This document shows, in pieces, positions 1 to 12,110 of a stretch of DNA of 64,000 nucleotides; the stretch's first letter is position 1; each line of letters begins with the position of its first letter. The stretch is from NCBI RefSeq assembly GCF_006345805.1, contig NC_043000.1:50282001-50346000 (forward strand), written 5' to 3'. Origin of the DNA: Octopus sinensis. Its lineage: Eukaryota. The notes under the pieces are model-generated. The model ran no database searches, was not told the origin of the DNA, and saw only the letters and a program-made list of their open reading frames with translations. Both the position numbers and the translations under genes were made by a program.

Positions 1-451
1 CTTGAGAACAGCGTTAAGGTCACAAATGTCTGTGGGATACTCAGCCACTAACACACTATAAATAAATGAATAGATATTTCACTTGATCAACATATGATCA
101 ACAACTCATCATCATAACTGACGGAGATCCATTATTAACTATTATTAGTTGTCAGTGAAGTGAAAGCAATTGAAACACAAAGGGCAATATTTCAGATATC
201 ACTGTTAAATGTGAATAACATGACACATTGTTTAATACGGCACCACATTTCCCAAGTGGTCAAGATATTGACAGTATACAGTAATAAAATGGGAATTGAA
301 TTCTGGTTAGTCTGCTAGCGGGATTCATTGTATTGCTGTTATACTGATTCATTCAATACTTCAATACTTGTCCACTTAAAGAAAAATTGTTCAGAATATG
401 TATATATATATGTGTGTATATAAATATATGTGTATGTGTGTGTGAGTATGA

Positions 452-488
<37 letters not shown>

Positions 489-573
489 TGCATATAAATA
501 TGTAGATGCATATGAGCATATACATACATGCATACATGCATATATTTACGTATATATATATATATATACATAC

Positions 574-622
<49 letters not shown>

Positions 623-1106
623 TAAAGGAGACTACTTTATGCGGCAATAGCTCGAGCTTGGCAAGGCATTTTTATTAAATGCAATGTAAAAGATGTGTAT
701 GTATACATACATACCTGTATTCATATATACATATATATATATATATACATACATGTATGTATATATATATATATATGTATGTATATATGTGTATATATAT
801 ATATCTATATCTATATATATATATATATAATATATATATACTCATGTTATATATGTATACTCTGCATACATATCCATAATGTTCATGCATACTTTATAAT
901 AAATGCATGCAAATGTGTGTGTGTGCATGTTTGTGTGTAAGTGTGTGTGTGCATGTCTGTGTGTGTATATGCATTTGTCTACATATATTAGTGTGCATGT
1001 GTGACATCTGTCTCCTCTCCCAGCAACACCCAAACCAGCCATTTGAAAGAATTTACTCATAACACAATATACAATACATCCCTCTTTATGAACAATATTG
1101 CCTTAC

Positions 1107-1300
1107 AAGCTTTTGGGGTCTGACAGACTCCAGGCTTATGTTTGTCCATGGTGATGCTACAACCCCATAAAAGTTGTGCTTCTTTATCAGAGCTATAAAA
1201 TAACTACAGTCTGATAATCCTTCTTTTACATAATATGGCAAATATTTCCCTCGTAGACAACAGAATTGCTTATATTTACATGAAGCAGAGATGTCATCAT
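1107..1300 (-). CDS. Candidate internal coding exon of an unidentified gene (DDISASCKYKQFCCLRGKYLPYYVKEGLSDCSYFIALIKKHNFYGVVASPWTNISLESVRPQKL)
   Basis: Minus-strand acceptor tcttgtag, 194 nt open in phase 1 to 0, donor gtaagg. The three plus-strand frames are closed and the sequence is non-repetitive. Confidence 0.6.
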
Positions 1301-1478
1301 CTACAAGATACACTCACACAGAGAGACAGATTTACACACGCACTCTCACAGAAGCACACGCATACACACACATATATCTTCTAGATTCCCTGAAAGGAAT
1401 AAACATTTTGGCTGCAAGTTAAACTTTCTTTCCTGCTTATCGATGTCTTGCATTGGTTTTTTTCCTGCTCCTCTTCCT

Positions 1479-1521
<43 letters not shown>

Positions 1522-1683
1522 TACTACTACTACTACAGTATTGAACTTGCCTGTAACCCATTAGCATTCAGATTGCTCTGTCAAATATAAGGCTTAATTA
1601 TTCATATTGTTTTGCATAAAGCAAACATACCTTGTCGCTTCAAGATTTTGATAATGTGATTATTTTAAGAATGGCATCGTAGG

Positions 1684-2135
1684 TTAGGCGAGCTGGCAGA
1701 AACGTTAGCACGCCGGGCAAAATGCTTAGCGGTATTTCGTCTGCCGCTACGTTCCGAGTTCAAATTCTGTAAAAGTCGACTTTGCCTTTCATCCTTTCGG
1801 GGTCGATAAATTTAGTACTAGTTACGCACTGGTGTCAATGTAATCAACTTAATCCTTTTGTCTGTCCGTGTTTGTCCTGTCTATGTTTAGCCCCTTGTGG
1901 GCAATAAAGAAATAAGAAACGTTAGCACACCGGGCGAAATGCATAGCCATATATCGTCTGCCATTACTTTTTAAGTTCAAATTCCGCCGAGGTCGACTTT
2001 GCCTTTCATCTTTTCGGGGTCGATAAATTAAGTACCAGTTACTCACTGGGGTCGATATAATCGACTTAATACGTTTGTCTGTCCTTGTTTGTCCTCTCGG
2101 TGTTTATCCCCTTGAGGGTAGTAAAGAAATAGGTA
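1684..2135 (+). mobile_element. Two tandem tRNA-derived SINEs with a gcctttcatcctttcggggtcgataaa core
   Basis: Direct repeat of a unit of about 230 bp (ggcagaaacgttagcac...gagttcaaattc...gggcaataaagaaataag). The family recurs throughout the window. Confidence 0.85.
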
Positions 2136-2491
2136 TTGTAGGTTAGATGTAAGAGGCCAGATCTGGTCAGTTTGAATATAAAACAGGAGAATATTTGAGC
2201 CAGATATGGCTAGTCTAAATGGCTAAACGGTTAAACCCACACAATGCACATACCTTCCTTCTTTCACTCTTACTATCAATCTTTCATATAGCATATTTAA
2301 ACCTTACTCCTACTCCTTATTTATTCTCTAAAACTGCTTTGTCCTTGAAATGAGAACAACCAAAAGGTTTATGTGTTATAGGAGTGCAAGCATGGCATGG
2401 CATGTAGTTAAATAGTTCAATGATGTGAGTTTGATATCTACAGTTGGGTTAAATTTAGAAGATGGAGATTGTGCTGGATCCGATTAGCTAT

Positions 2492-2546
<55 letters not shown>

Positions 2547-2628
2547 ATAGATACATATATATATATATATATAGCTAATGTGTCATGAGTACAAAACATT
2601 GCTTGTTCAGGAAACAAAAAAGTTTCAC

Positions 2629-2724
2629 CATTCCATAGTAAAACCGTTGTACTACACTTAGATAATTTTTCATATCTTAGCATCTGAAGCAGCTGAAGAC
2701 ATGATAGTTTAACCAAAGAACCAG
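2629..2724 (-). CDS. Candidate coding exon (GSLVKLSCLQLLQMLRYEKLSKCSTTVLLWN)
   Basis: Acceptor ttttgcttgcaatag, 96 nt, phase 1 to 1, donor gtgaaa (moderate). Phase-compatible with the 1107-1300 exon. Confidence 0.4.
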
Positions 2725-5146
2725 CTATTGCAAGCAAAAGTTAATATTGAAAAAAACGCATTTGGCCAAATTTAAACATACTACAGCTTAATATAATATC
2801 AAATATATATATGTGTGTATGTGTGTGTGCATGTGTGTACACATATGGATGCATACATGCATGCATATACATCATGAACTAATTGTTACTTTCTCAGATG
2901 CAGCACAGAGTTTTGTCAGTGAACAGGTCGTGGTTTCAAAATGACGAAAATATTTTGACACAAATGAAATTTAAATGTTGAAATGAAACTAATGGTTTTT
3001 GTGAGTTCTTGAATGGCTTACAAACTTCTTCCACACTGTAGTTGTATATCTCTCTCTATATATATATATATATATATTTATCTAAAGTAACAAACTGAGG
3101 AAAAGAAATCCTTCAAAGGGGTCTGTTAAACATTCAATTCACTAGTGCTTCAGTTGGATACCATATAAATATTGGTATGATTCAATAATAAAGATAAATT
3201 AAATATGGATATATTCTACTGACAATCAAATAATGTATTTATATTACAATATTACATTAAATACTATGAATATAATATATAACATAACATAATATTATAT
3301 AAATAATTATAAAAACCATAAAAAGGGCAATAAATTGTTTCAACTGTATATATTTTATTCTGATATACATAATCACAGTTCCATTATAAATATAGTCACT
3401 TCAGGGTATTTGGTTCAGAAAAGACGAAATTCCATATGAAAGGATGGCTGGATTGTAAAAATTAATTCAAATGTCTGTGTTATGAGCGTCAGTGTTAACT
3501 ATTCAATCATACGTCAGTTACGATTAAAAAAACAACAAAAACAACTTTAATGGCCAATACAGTCAAGTAAGTGCAATCCACAACCATTGAAAATCACTTC
3601 ATTATATCTCAAGCACATACCAATTGAAACCCTTTCATGTCCAAGATCGTCTCTTGTCATCACAACATACAATAAGATATACATTTATATATAAATGTAT
3701 GCAATTAAGTATCTAAGTCTTCTGCTACATGTAACTGCAACAGGAAATATATAAACAATTACATCTTCAATACAACAACTCTTATGTATCTAAATTAGTT
3801 GATGTCAAAAAATTTATTGTTTAAATTAACTAATAATAATCTTCTATATTTATTTTCTTGGATGGAGAATTCCATAATTATTGCTAATATAGACTTAAGA
3901 CTGCAAATGCAATGGCCAAAATACACCCCCTATATATATATATATATGGATGTATATCTGTATATATGCACATGCAATCATACTACACATACTGTATACC
4001 CACCAAACACACACACATGTATATATTATCTTTATATATATATATATATAATATATACTATATGTGTATATGTATGTATGTATATATATATATGTATGTA
4101 TATAAATATGTGTGTATATGCACACATGCAATCATTTATATACATGCATATGCATAAACCACACACACACACACACAAACATGGAGCAGCACTTGCCACA
4201 TTATGGAAACTGTGTGTTCCTGAAAACCTTTATCATACCATGGTACTCCACAATACAAAACCTAATTTTCCTCTCGACTTACATATTACACAGAAGCCAG
4301 TGTTACCACAGTAAGAAGATTTTCAAGTACACTACATTTATGTGCTGCACTGTGGATGCCCGTACTTCATTTCAATTCCAATACCTACATCTAAAATTTT
4401 TCTTCATTGCATTTGTGTCTCAGAATATTTATTCGTAGCTTTACATAATTTTTGTTTTCAATAAATTTTTTTTTGTTTTGTTTATCTTTTTTTTTTCATA
4501 AAGCTCTTAGCATCATTCTTTTCATATGAATTCCTTTAAGTTATTCTTCATAATGTATTAATGGATTTAATTGTACAGACTTTATGTTTACTCATTCACA
4601 GTCACAGTTATGCTTCTCAGAATCTTAAACATCTTTTTATCATATCCCGAAAACATATTTTTCTCTTGTTTACTTTAGCATGTTTACATATTCATTGCTC
4701 TGTTTGTTTGTTTGTTTGTTTGTTTGTATTTTGTATGATGTCTTGTGTAAATATGTTTAAAAGGATTTTTTTTTTTTGAAAAACTTTTATTTCTCTCTCA
4801 CTCATTCACTATATAAAAAGAGATTTTGATATTTTCGCATACACATACATATGTGAGTATGTATGCATGTGTATGTTTGTATGTATATGTATGCAAATGT
4901 AGTATATATCTCTCTATCTACCTATATATATAGTCATCATCATTTTATGTTTGCTTTTCAATGCTTGCCTAGGTTGGATGGCACATTTTGAAGTTGTCTT
5001 TACAGTCAGATATCTTTCTTGACATCTTGACACCAGCATTTTAGTCTATTCTATGCCATGATATGAGATATGGGGTACCTATTCTAAAATATGTCTAGTA
5101 TATTATATATATATATATGTATATATATATATGTGTGTGTATGTAT

Positions 5147-5194
<48 letters not shown>

Positions 5195-5305
5195 ATGTAT
5201 ATATATATATATAATATATAATATTACATATGTACATACACATACGCACATATATATATACATACACAAACACACATAAATATATATATATATATATATG
5301 TACAT

Positions 5306-5750
5306 ATATGTGACAATTAGTTGGTTGCCATAATAAAACTCAGAGTTTCAGATGTTGGAGTGGAAGTCTGCTCCAGCATCTCATCAGTTATTAAGACAAA
5401 CAAAAATGCTATGAAAATGACCATTAAATAAAGGGAAATTACCATGAAGGTGACCGTTATTAAGGCAAACAAAAGAGCTGTGAGAACGACCACTAAATAA
5501 AGGGAAATTACCAGAATAGGGAGAAAGTAAAACTACTCGAAAAAGATAAACCCATGGATTCTATGTGCGTGTGTTTACCTTCTTTGAGTATTTTTACTTT
5601 CTCCCTATTCGGGTAATTTCCCCTTTATTTAACGGTCATTTTCATAGCATTTTTGTTTGTCTTAATAACTGATGAGATGCCAGAGCAGACTTCTGCCCCA
5701 ACATCTGAAACTCTGAATTTTATTATGGCAACCGACTAATTGTCATATAT
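5306..5750. mobile_element. Fold-back (long inverted repeat) non-autonomous element carrying hammerhead-like motifs, in TA context
   Basis: Arms of about 130 bp (5306-5440 and about 5615-5750) plus an inner inverted pair around ccatgg at about 5552. There is an internal duplication of taaataaagggaaattacc. Confidence 0.8.
5331..5393 (-). ncRNA. Hammerhead-like motif in the left arm of a fold-back element
   Basis: UAAUAA-CUGAUGA-GAUGCUGGAG...CUCCAACAUC-U-GAAA-CUCUGA-GUU-UUAUUA. Stem I has 6 bp, stem II is long and helix III has 3 bp. A mirror copy at 5663-5725 (+) has a G-to-A change giving AUU. Confidence 0.55.
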
Positions 5751-5976
5751 TATATTATAGATAAATTCCTCTATTTACATAATATTGAGGTCTCATTCAT
5801 ACTTTTGTTGTCGATGATGATGAATATATTATATTTGGTACTACATATATGTGATTAGGATGTATCAGAAAAGAATTACAAGACAGATTCCTCAAGCTGA
5901 GCCAAATGGTTAGAAACCTAGGAGTAAACTAGAAATATGTTGTTCAGATAATATTTATAGTCTCATTTAGTCAAAC

Positions 5977-6079
5977 GTGAGAATCCAAGCAGGAAGTCCA
6001 ATGACAGTTGCTCCAGATAGGGCCTTTTAGAGGGGGTGCTTGAGGATTCTATTTCCACAACCTTCTCAGGAATAATGGT
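5977..6079 (-). CDS. Candidate coding exon (TIIPEKVVEIESSSTPSKRPYLEQLSLDFLLGFS)
   Basis: Acceptor tcattctttcag, and only frame 0 is open. Weak donor gtttga gives phase 1. Alternatively a terminal exon running to TGA at 5963-5965. Confidence 0.45.
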
Positions 6080-6445
6080 CTGAAAGAATGATGAGTATGC
6101 ATGTGCTTGTGTGTGTGTGTGTGTATAGAATGAGTGAGCAAACAAAAGCAAGTATTACTCAACATATTTTGTTGGAATTGTAAATAACTTAATAATGGTT
6201 GCTTCAGCTGCAAATTTCTTCAAGTTTGATAGCATATCATCAAGTGTACAAAACCAGAGAGAAGAGAATTTAAGAGGCATATAGAAATAGCTTCCTCATG
6301 AGAATATTTCTTCCTCTAATGTTCAGTTCAGGTTCATTATTGTTTATGAATGCGAATGAATAAGAGGGTTTTAGTTCCAAATCCTGTTTGGGTTGTTGCC
6401 ACTGTTGTTTTATAACGAGGTAGGAAGACTTAGTTGTATCAATAC

Positions 6446-6507
6446 CTTCTGACTTTTCTGCCAAACTTGTATTAAAATCATATCACATGAAATTTTTCTT
6501 AGATTTC
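6446..6507 (-). CDS. Candidate coding exon (NLRKISCDMILIQVWQKSQK)
   Basis: Strong acceptor ctctctgtctttag, 62 nt, phase 1 to 0, donor AAG|gtattg. Phase-compatible with the 6079 exon. Confidence 0.45.
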
Positions 6508-6844
6508 CTAAAGACAGAGAGCCAAGAGAACATTAATAATCCAGAACATATAAAAATTTTATACATATATATATATATATATGTAAATGAATGATGATGT
6601 ATAAGTATATATATGTGTGTGTATGTATGTGTGTGTGTGTAGGTGTCCAGACAGAAGGTAAACTGTTTTTACTTCAAATTTTCATAAATATTTACTGATA
6701 TTTGATACAATGAGATTCATCGAAACTGGTAATATTTTCTTCATATAATTTTTTAAAATCACTTTTATTAGATTCACTCTTAAATTGAAATGTCTTAGAC
6801 TTACTTCTGTGCTATATCCACCTCCATCTTTTATATAAATCAAT

Positions 6845-6926
<82 letters not shown>

Positions 6927-7104
6927 AGCACAGGAGTGACTGTGTGGTAAGAAGCTTGTTTCCCAACCACATGGTTCCAGGTTCAGTCCCACTTGGGCAA
7001 GTGTCTTCTACTATAGTCACAGACCGGCCAAAGCCTTGTGAGTGAAACTGAAAGAAGCCCATTGTATATATATACACACATATATATATATATTATATAT
7101 ATAT

Positions 7105-7238
7105 ATAAAGGAAATGAAGAAAATGCTGACAAAATAATTAAGTAAGGGAGAGTGTATTTAATTAGGTGAAAGTTCTTTCACCTAATTAAATACACTCTCC
7201 CTTACTTAAATTATTTTGTCAGCATTTTCTTCATTTCC

Positions 7239-7244
<6 letters not shown>
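7105..7244. repeat. Near-perfect hairpin of about 140 bp inserted in the microsatellite of a SINE
   Basis: aaggaaatgaagaaaatgctgacaaaataatt...ggtgaaag-ttc-tttcacc...aattattttgtcagcattttcttcatttcctt, flanked by (TA)n. Confidence 0.85.
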
Positions 7245-7285
<41 letters not shown>

Positions 7286-7599
7286 GTATGTATATATATA
7301 TGTGTGTATGTATGTATTTGTGTGTCTCTATTTGTCCCCCCACCATTGCTTGAAAACCAATGTTGATGTCTTTACATTCTTGTAACATAGTGGTTCAGCA
7401 AAAGACACCAATATAATAAGTATTAGGCTTATAAAGAATGTCCTATGATTGATTTGCTTGAATAAAGGTGGTTCTCCAGCACAGCCAGTCAAAATGATTG
7501 AAATAGGTAAAAGAATAAAAGAATATATCAGTATATTAGACAGAATGAGATAACAAACCCAAGGCTTCGAGGAGTTTTCAGGACATTTGTAGTGAAATA

Positions 7600-7648
7600 G
7601 TCTTACAGCTGTTTCAGAGATATTATGGATATCTACTTCATCAGAGAC
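7600..7648 (-). ncRNA. Minimal type-I hammerhead-ribozyme-like motif
   Basis: GUCU-CUGAUGA-A-GUAGAUAU(CCAUA)AUAUCUCU-GAAAC-AGCU-GUA-AGAC. Stem I has 4 bp, stem II about 7 bp, and the helix III loop AGCU is palindromic. Confidence 0.65.
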
Positions 7649-8361
7649 GGTGTGAGAAAATATTTGAGTTTGAATAATTGTGGAAAAGGAGGAGATAGGG
7701 AATATAGAGGGAAATAAGAGAAACAAGATATATAAGGATATTGTACTTGCAGTTCCATTATTCAAGGAAAATGGTAAATAGAGGTGGTAAAAAAGTTTCT
7801 TGTACATGGTATGTAAGTTCCAATAGCAGTTTATGTTTAGTCATTTCAAATTATGGAGGTGTGGAATCAGTGTTGCTCATTCGAAAGGGTTTTGTGGTGT
7901 GAATGAAAATTTGAGAATGTATTGGTAGTATTACTGGATAGATGGGGGGGAGGATATGTGTATATGATTAGAAAGAGGAGATAGGTTAAACTTAAAACAA
8001 GAAGAGAAAATGAGAGGAAGAAAGAGAGAAAAAAGAAAAAAGGGAGAGAGAAAAAACAAAGAGTGAAGAAAAGAAAAAGAAAAAAGAGAAAGGTGAAGGA
8101 AGTGAGAAAGGGAGTGTTAGTTGGTGGACAAGATAATGTGATGGGAAGATGGGAGAGGTGTGGAGAAGGTATAGGAAGAGATGAGAAGGTAAGGAGTAAA
8201 AGAATGTGAGATATGTGAATAGGGGTGATATGATGGGGCTGCATTAAGGGATAGGTAGAGAAAAGGTATCGGTGGTGGTGGTGGTGGTGTGATACCGAAG
8301 TGAGTAGTATATATATATATATATATAACGATAACTCTTCTCAACATAAACATAACGATGT

Positions 8362-8401
8362 AAGAAATTTGAAAAGCTGAACGCGAAACTGGTCATTTCT
8401 T
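8362..8401 (+). ncRNA. Minimal type-I hammerhead-ribozyme-like motif (U3-A8 core variant)
   Basis: AAGAAAU-UUGAAAA-GC(UGAAC)GC-GAAAC-UG-GUC-AUUUCUU. Stem I has 7 perfect bp, the cleavage triplet is GUC, and ACUGGU is self-complementary via G-U pairs. Confidence 0.6.
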
Positions 8402-8517
8402 CAAAAACTGTCATTGTATGAAAAAAATTTATAACATTCTTCAGACATATTGACTCAAATATATATTTTTTAACCTTTTAAAACAAGCCTTCTGTAGTTT
8501 TTTCACTTTCTACTATT

Positions 8518-8574
<57 letters not shown>

Positions 8575-8842
8575 ATATACAGAATATATATGAATAGAAA
8601 TAAACAGTCTGCTGTACACATGTAAAGACAAGTACATATATTAATGTAACCCTGATTAAGCCTAGAATATTGTTACTCAGTTTCCTCTTTGGAGTATTGT
8701 GGATAATAATTCTTTATATTTATTTCTTTCTATCACTCTACTTTCTCTTTCTTTATACTTGTATGTGTGCGTTTGTTTCTTGTGTGTGAACCTGCACAGT
8801 GTTTGTGTGTGTATGTGTATATATATAAATAATAAATAAATA

Positions 8843-8873
<31 letters not shown>

Positions 8874-8906
8874 TTGTATGTATGTATATATATGTATCTA
8901 TATATG

Positions 8907-8947
<41 letters not shown>

Positions 8948-9377
8948 TATATATATTATATATATATATATATATTATATATATATATATATATCTATAT
9001 ATGTATGTATATATATGTATCTATATATGTATGTATATATATATATATATATATATGCATACATACATATATATGTGTGTGTGTGCCTATATATGTATGT
9101 GTGTGCATATAACACCATTTGTATATATCAACTCATTATTGATCAAATCTAAAAGATCTCTTAAACGGCTTAAAGGTATTGAGTTATGGGCAGATATTTA
9201 TATTTTGTTGTTGTTATTGTTGTTGTTGATGTTTACTATCTTTAAGATACCATTCTTTTTCTTTTTTAATGAATATATTTTAACCTGTTGTTCAAACAGA
9301 TTCCTATAAATCACCTTCATCACAGAATAATATTTACGTACTAACACATTAGCATAATAGCACATTAAAATCATCAT

Positions 9378-10030
9378 CATCATCATTTAACGTCTGCTTT
9401 CCATGCTAGCATAGGTTGGACGATTTGACTGAGGACTGGTGAACTAGATGGCTGCACCAGGATCCAATCTTGATCTGGCAGGGTTTCTACAGCTGGATGC
9501 CCTTCCTAATGCCAACCACTCCAAGAGTGTAGTGGGTGCTTTTACATGTCACCAGCACAAGAGCCAGTCAGGTGGTACTGGCAACAGCCACACTCAAATG
9601 GTGTTTTTTTTATGTGCCACCTGCACAGGAGCCAGTCCAGTGGCACTGGCAATGACCTCACTCGAATGTTTTTTCATGAGCCACCGGCACAAGTGCCAGT
9701 AAGGCGATGCTGGTAACGATCATGCTTGAATGGTGCTTTTTATGTGCCACCGGACGGAAGCCAGTTAGCTGCTCTGGCAACGATCATGTTTGGATGGTAC
9801 TCTTAGCACTCCACTAGTACGGATGCCAGTCATCGAACTTGATTTCAAACTCACTTGCCTCAACAGGTCTTCGCAAGCAGAGTTTAGTGTCCAATGAAGG
9901 AAAGGTTCACATAAGTGGGCTGGTTACACCCCTGGAATAGGCCACAAGGTTATGCTCTCACTTGACTTGTTGGGTCTTCTCAAGGACAGCATGTTTCCAA
10001 AAGTCTCGGTCACTAGTCAATGCCTCGTTA
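9378..10030 (-). mobile_element. RTE-tailed non-autonomous retroelement with internal tandem subrepeats of about 60 bp
   Basis: 3' end gcatggaaagcagacgttaaatgatgatg on the minus strand. Repeated gccagt...ggcaac...ctcgaatggtgcttttatgtgccacc units. Confidence 0.75.
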
Positions 10031-10307
10031 AATGTTAACACTACTACTACTACTACATTGCTGCTTTTGATGTTGCTGTTGTCAATAATGATAATGATGA
10101 TGATGATGACAAAGATAATGGTAATGATGATCTTTTTGCACAAGCACAAGGCTAGAAATTTTGAAAGTGCTGGACAGTAATACATTGACCCCCTAATTCA
10201 TGACTGGCAATTTATTAACAATAAAATTAAAATAATAATGATAATAATAATGATGGTTTCGAATTTTTAGCACTATGTATCTCGAAAAGAAACAGAGATG
10301 CACTCAC

Positions 10308-10375
10308 CAAAAACAGAGATCTGGAAGTAGAGGTAACTTGAATGTGGAGCCCCCACAACAAACCTGCCAAGCTAC
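10308..10375 (-). CDS. Candidate coding exon, frame ambiguous (SLAGLLWGLHIQVTSTSRSLFL or VAWQVCCGGSTFKLPLLPDLCF)
   Basis: Acceptor ggattttag, consensus donor gtgagtg, 68 nt, two open frames. GC is higher than the flanks. Confidence 0.4.
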
Positions 10376-11689
10376 CTAAAATCCATGTCCATTCCCCCCT
10401 CCCCCACAATCCACCTTGGACCTATTTTTACCACTGCTGTATTCTTTTGCTCCATTCTGGTGGTGGTGGTGGTGATGACAACGATGATATCGATGATGAT
10501 GATAATGCTCTGTCCAAAATAGGGACACAGCCTGAAATTTGTAGAGTGAGAATAGATGATTGCTTTGATAATATAATGTAATGGAACTTCATTGGTACTT
10601 CAGTATATCAACCCCAAAATGGCTGTAAGATGTTAGAAGGATTTGAACTCAAATTCTGAAGAATCAGAACAAATAAGCCATAACAAGTGATTTTGTTTGA
10701 TGCTCCACTGATTCTATCAATATTCCTAGTAATAATAATAACTTACTGTTGTTATCTGTCTTGTTATTTTCCTTTTGGGCATTGTTGCTATGATTTTCTA
10801 TCTCTAAAGTTATTTATAATCACTTTTTTTGTTTGTTTATTTCTATCTAAAAAGTACAAAGAACTAGAATGAAAGAAATAAAAAAGAAAACAAAAAATTA
10901 TCTTCTTTGTTGTGTTTGTGTGTGCATAAGTGTGTGTGTGTGTGTATGTGTTTTACAGTATGGTTGATTGTATTTATTCTATTAGAGATGTTAACAGTTT
11001 TCCATGTTAAGTAGCTGTGATTTAAAAAAAAAAAAAATTGGTTTATTTAAAGAATGGCCAAGCTGCAAAAGCCACAAAGATGATATAGGGTGTCAGATAT
11101 TTTAGTCTTTAAAGAGCCAATTTGGCACTTGGAAATCATTAAATATCATTAGAATTTATTACTTGTTGCCCTTTCTTAACTGGTGACTTATACTAACGAA
11201 AATAAACTATGATAAACTATTAAAGAGATGTTATGATAAAGAAGATTAAACAAATGAAAGAAGACAAATTGGCTTACAGAAATATAAAAATGAGTGACTA
11301 CGTAAATTACACAGAAAAAAATATGAAAAAAGAAAAACCCCCAAAAGAACATACTGTCAATATATTGTTACAAAGAATAATTGTCCTTTAAGATAATTAT
11401 GTTCTAGCTTTGGAATTGTTCTTCAGTTTCCAGTATACTATATAGAAAAGCAGTGAAGCAGATGATGTTGGAAAATGAAATTTTCCTAATTCCCAGACAA
11501 GATATCTGCATAAAATCCCAGCATAAACAAGTAAGCAACAGCTGCTACTGTTTTCATGTTTAAATCGCAAATTTAGAACTTATTCGCCTTAAAATTAACA
11601 ACCTTAAACGTTGCTGTAGCAACCAAGCTTATAATTATCCTTTCTGTTGTTAGTATTTATATCTCAGTTCATTTTAACACTGTTGTTTA

Positions 11690-12110
11690 GTTCATGTATT
11701 CAATCAACATCATCATCGTAATCATCACCATCTTCATTTTTATTACGAACAATGTCATTGATGTTATCATTAGTGTCACTATTATACCGCCAATCATAAC
11801 TATCACCACCACCACCACCACAACCACCACCACCATTATGACGTCATGACTCTCATCATACTCATTATAAATCACTATTATCATCGTTATTGACATTGTG
11901 ATCCTAATCATCATAATAAGAATCCTCATTATCATCACAATTATTTTTGACATCATGACTACTAATTCACTTTGATATATAAAATGTAAGCACTAACATC
12001 ATGGTCATTATGGTGGTGGTTGGTGGTCGCAGTGGTCATTGTCATCATCATCATCATTATCATCGTCATTATCATCATCATCATCATCATAATTTCATTG
12101 TCATCATTTA
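11690..12110. repeat. Long degenerate (ATC/ACC)n trinucleotide region
   Basis: About 420 bp of catcatcat/caccaccac-derived sequence. Confidence 0.85.

Noticed and set aside
1684-1790. tRNA-like A/B boxes at SINE heads
   Set aside because: They are SINE promoters followed by a SINE body, with no complete cloverleaf.
7560-7680. Protein-like plus-strand frame (SFQDICSEIVLQLFQRYYGYLLHQR)
   Set aside because: It is better explained as the antisense of the hammerhead-bearing repeat, and it lacks a good donor.
9448-9702. ORF MAAPGSNLDLAGFLQLDALPNANH... (also 47024-47474 and 50941-51153)
   Set aside because: It is a frame through the multi-copy RTE-tailed repeat, not a gene.
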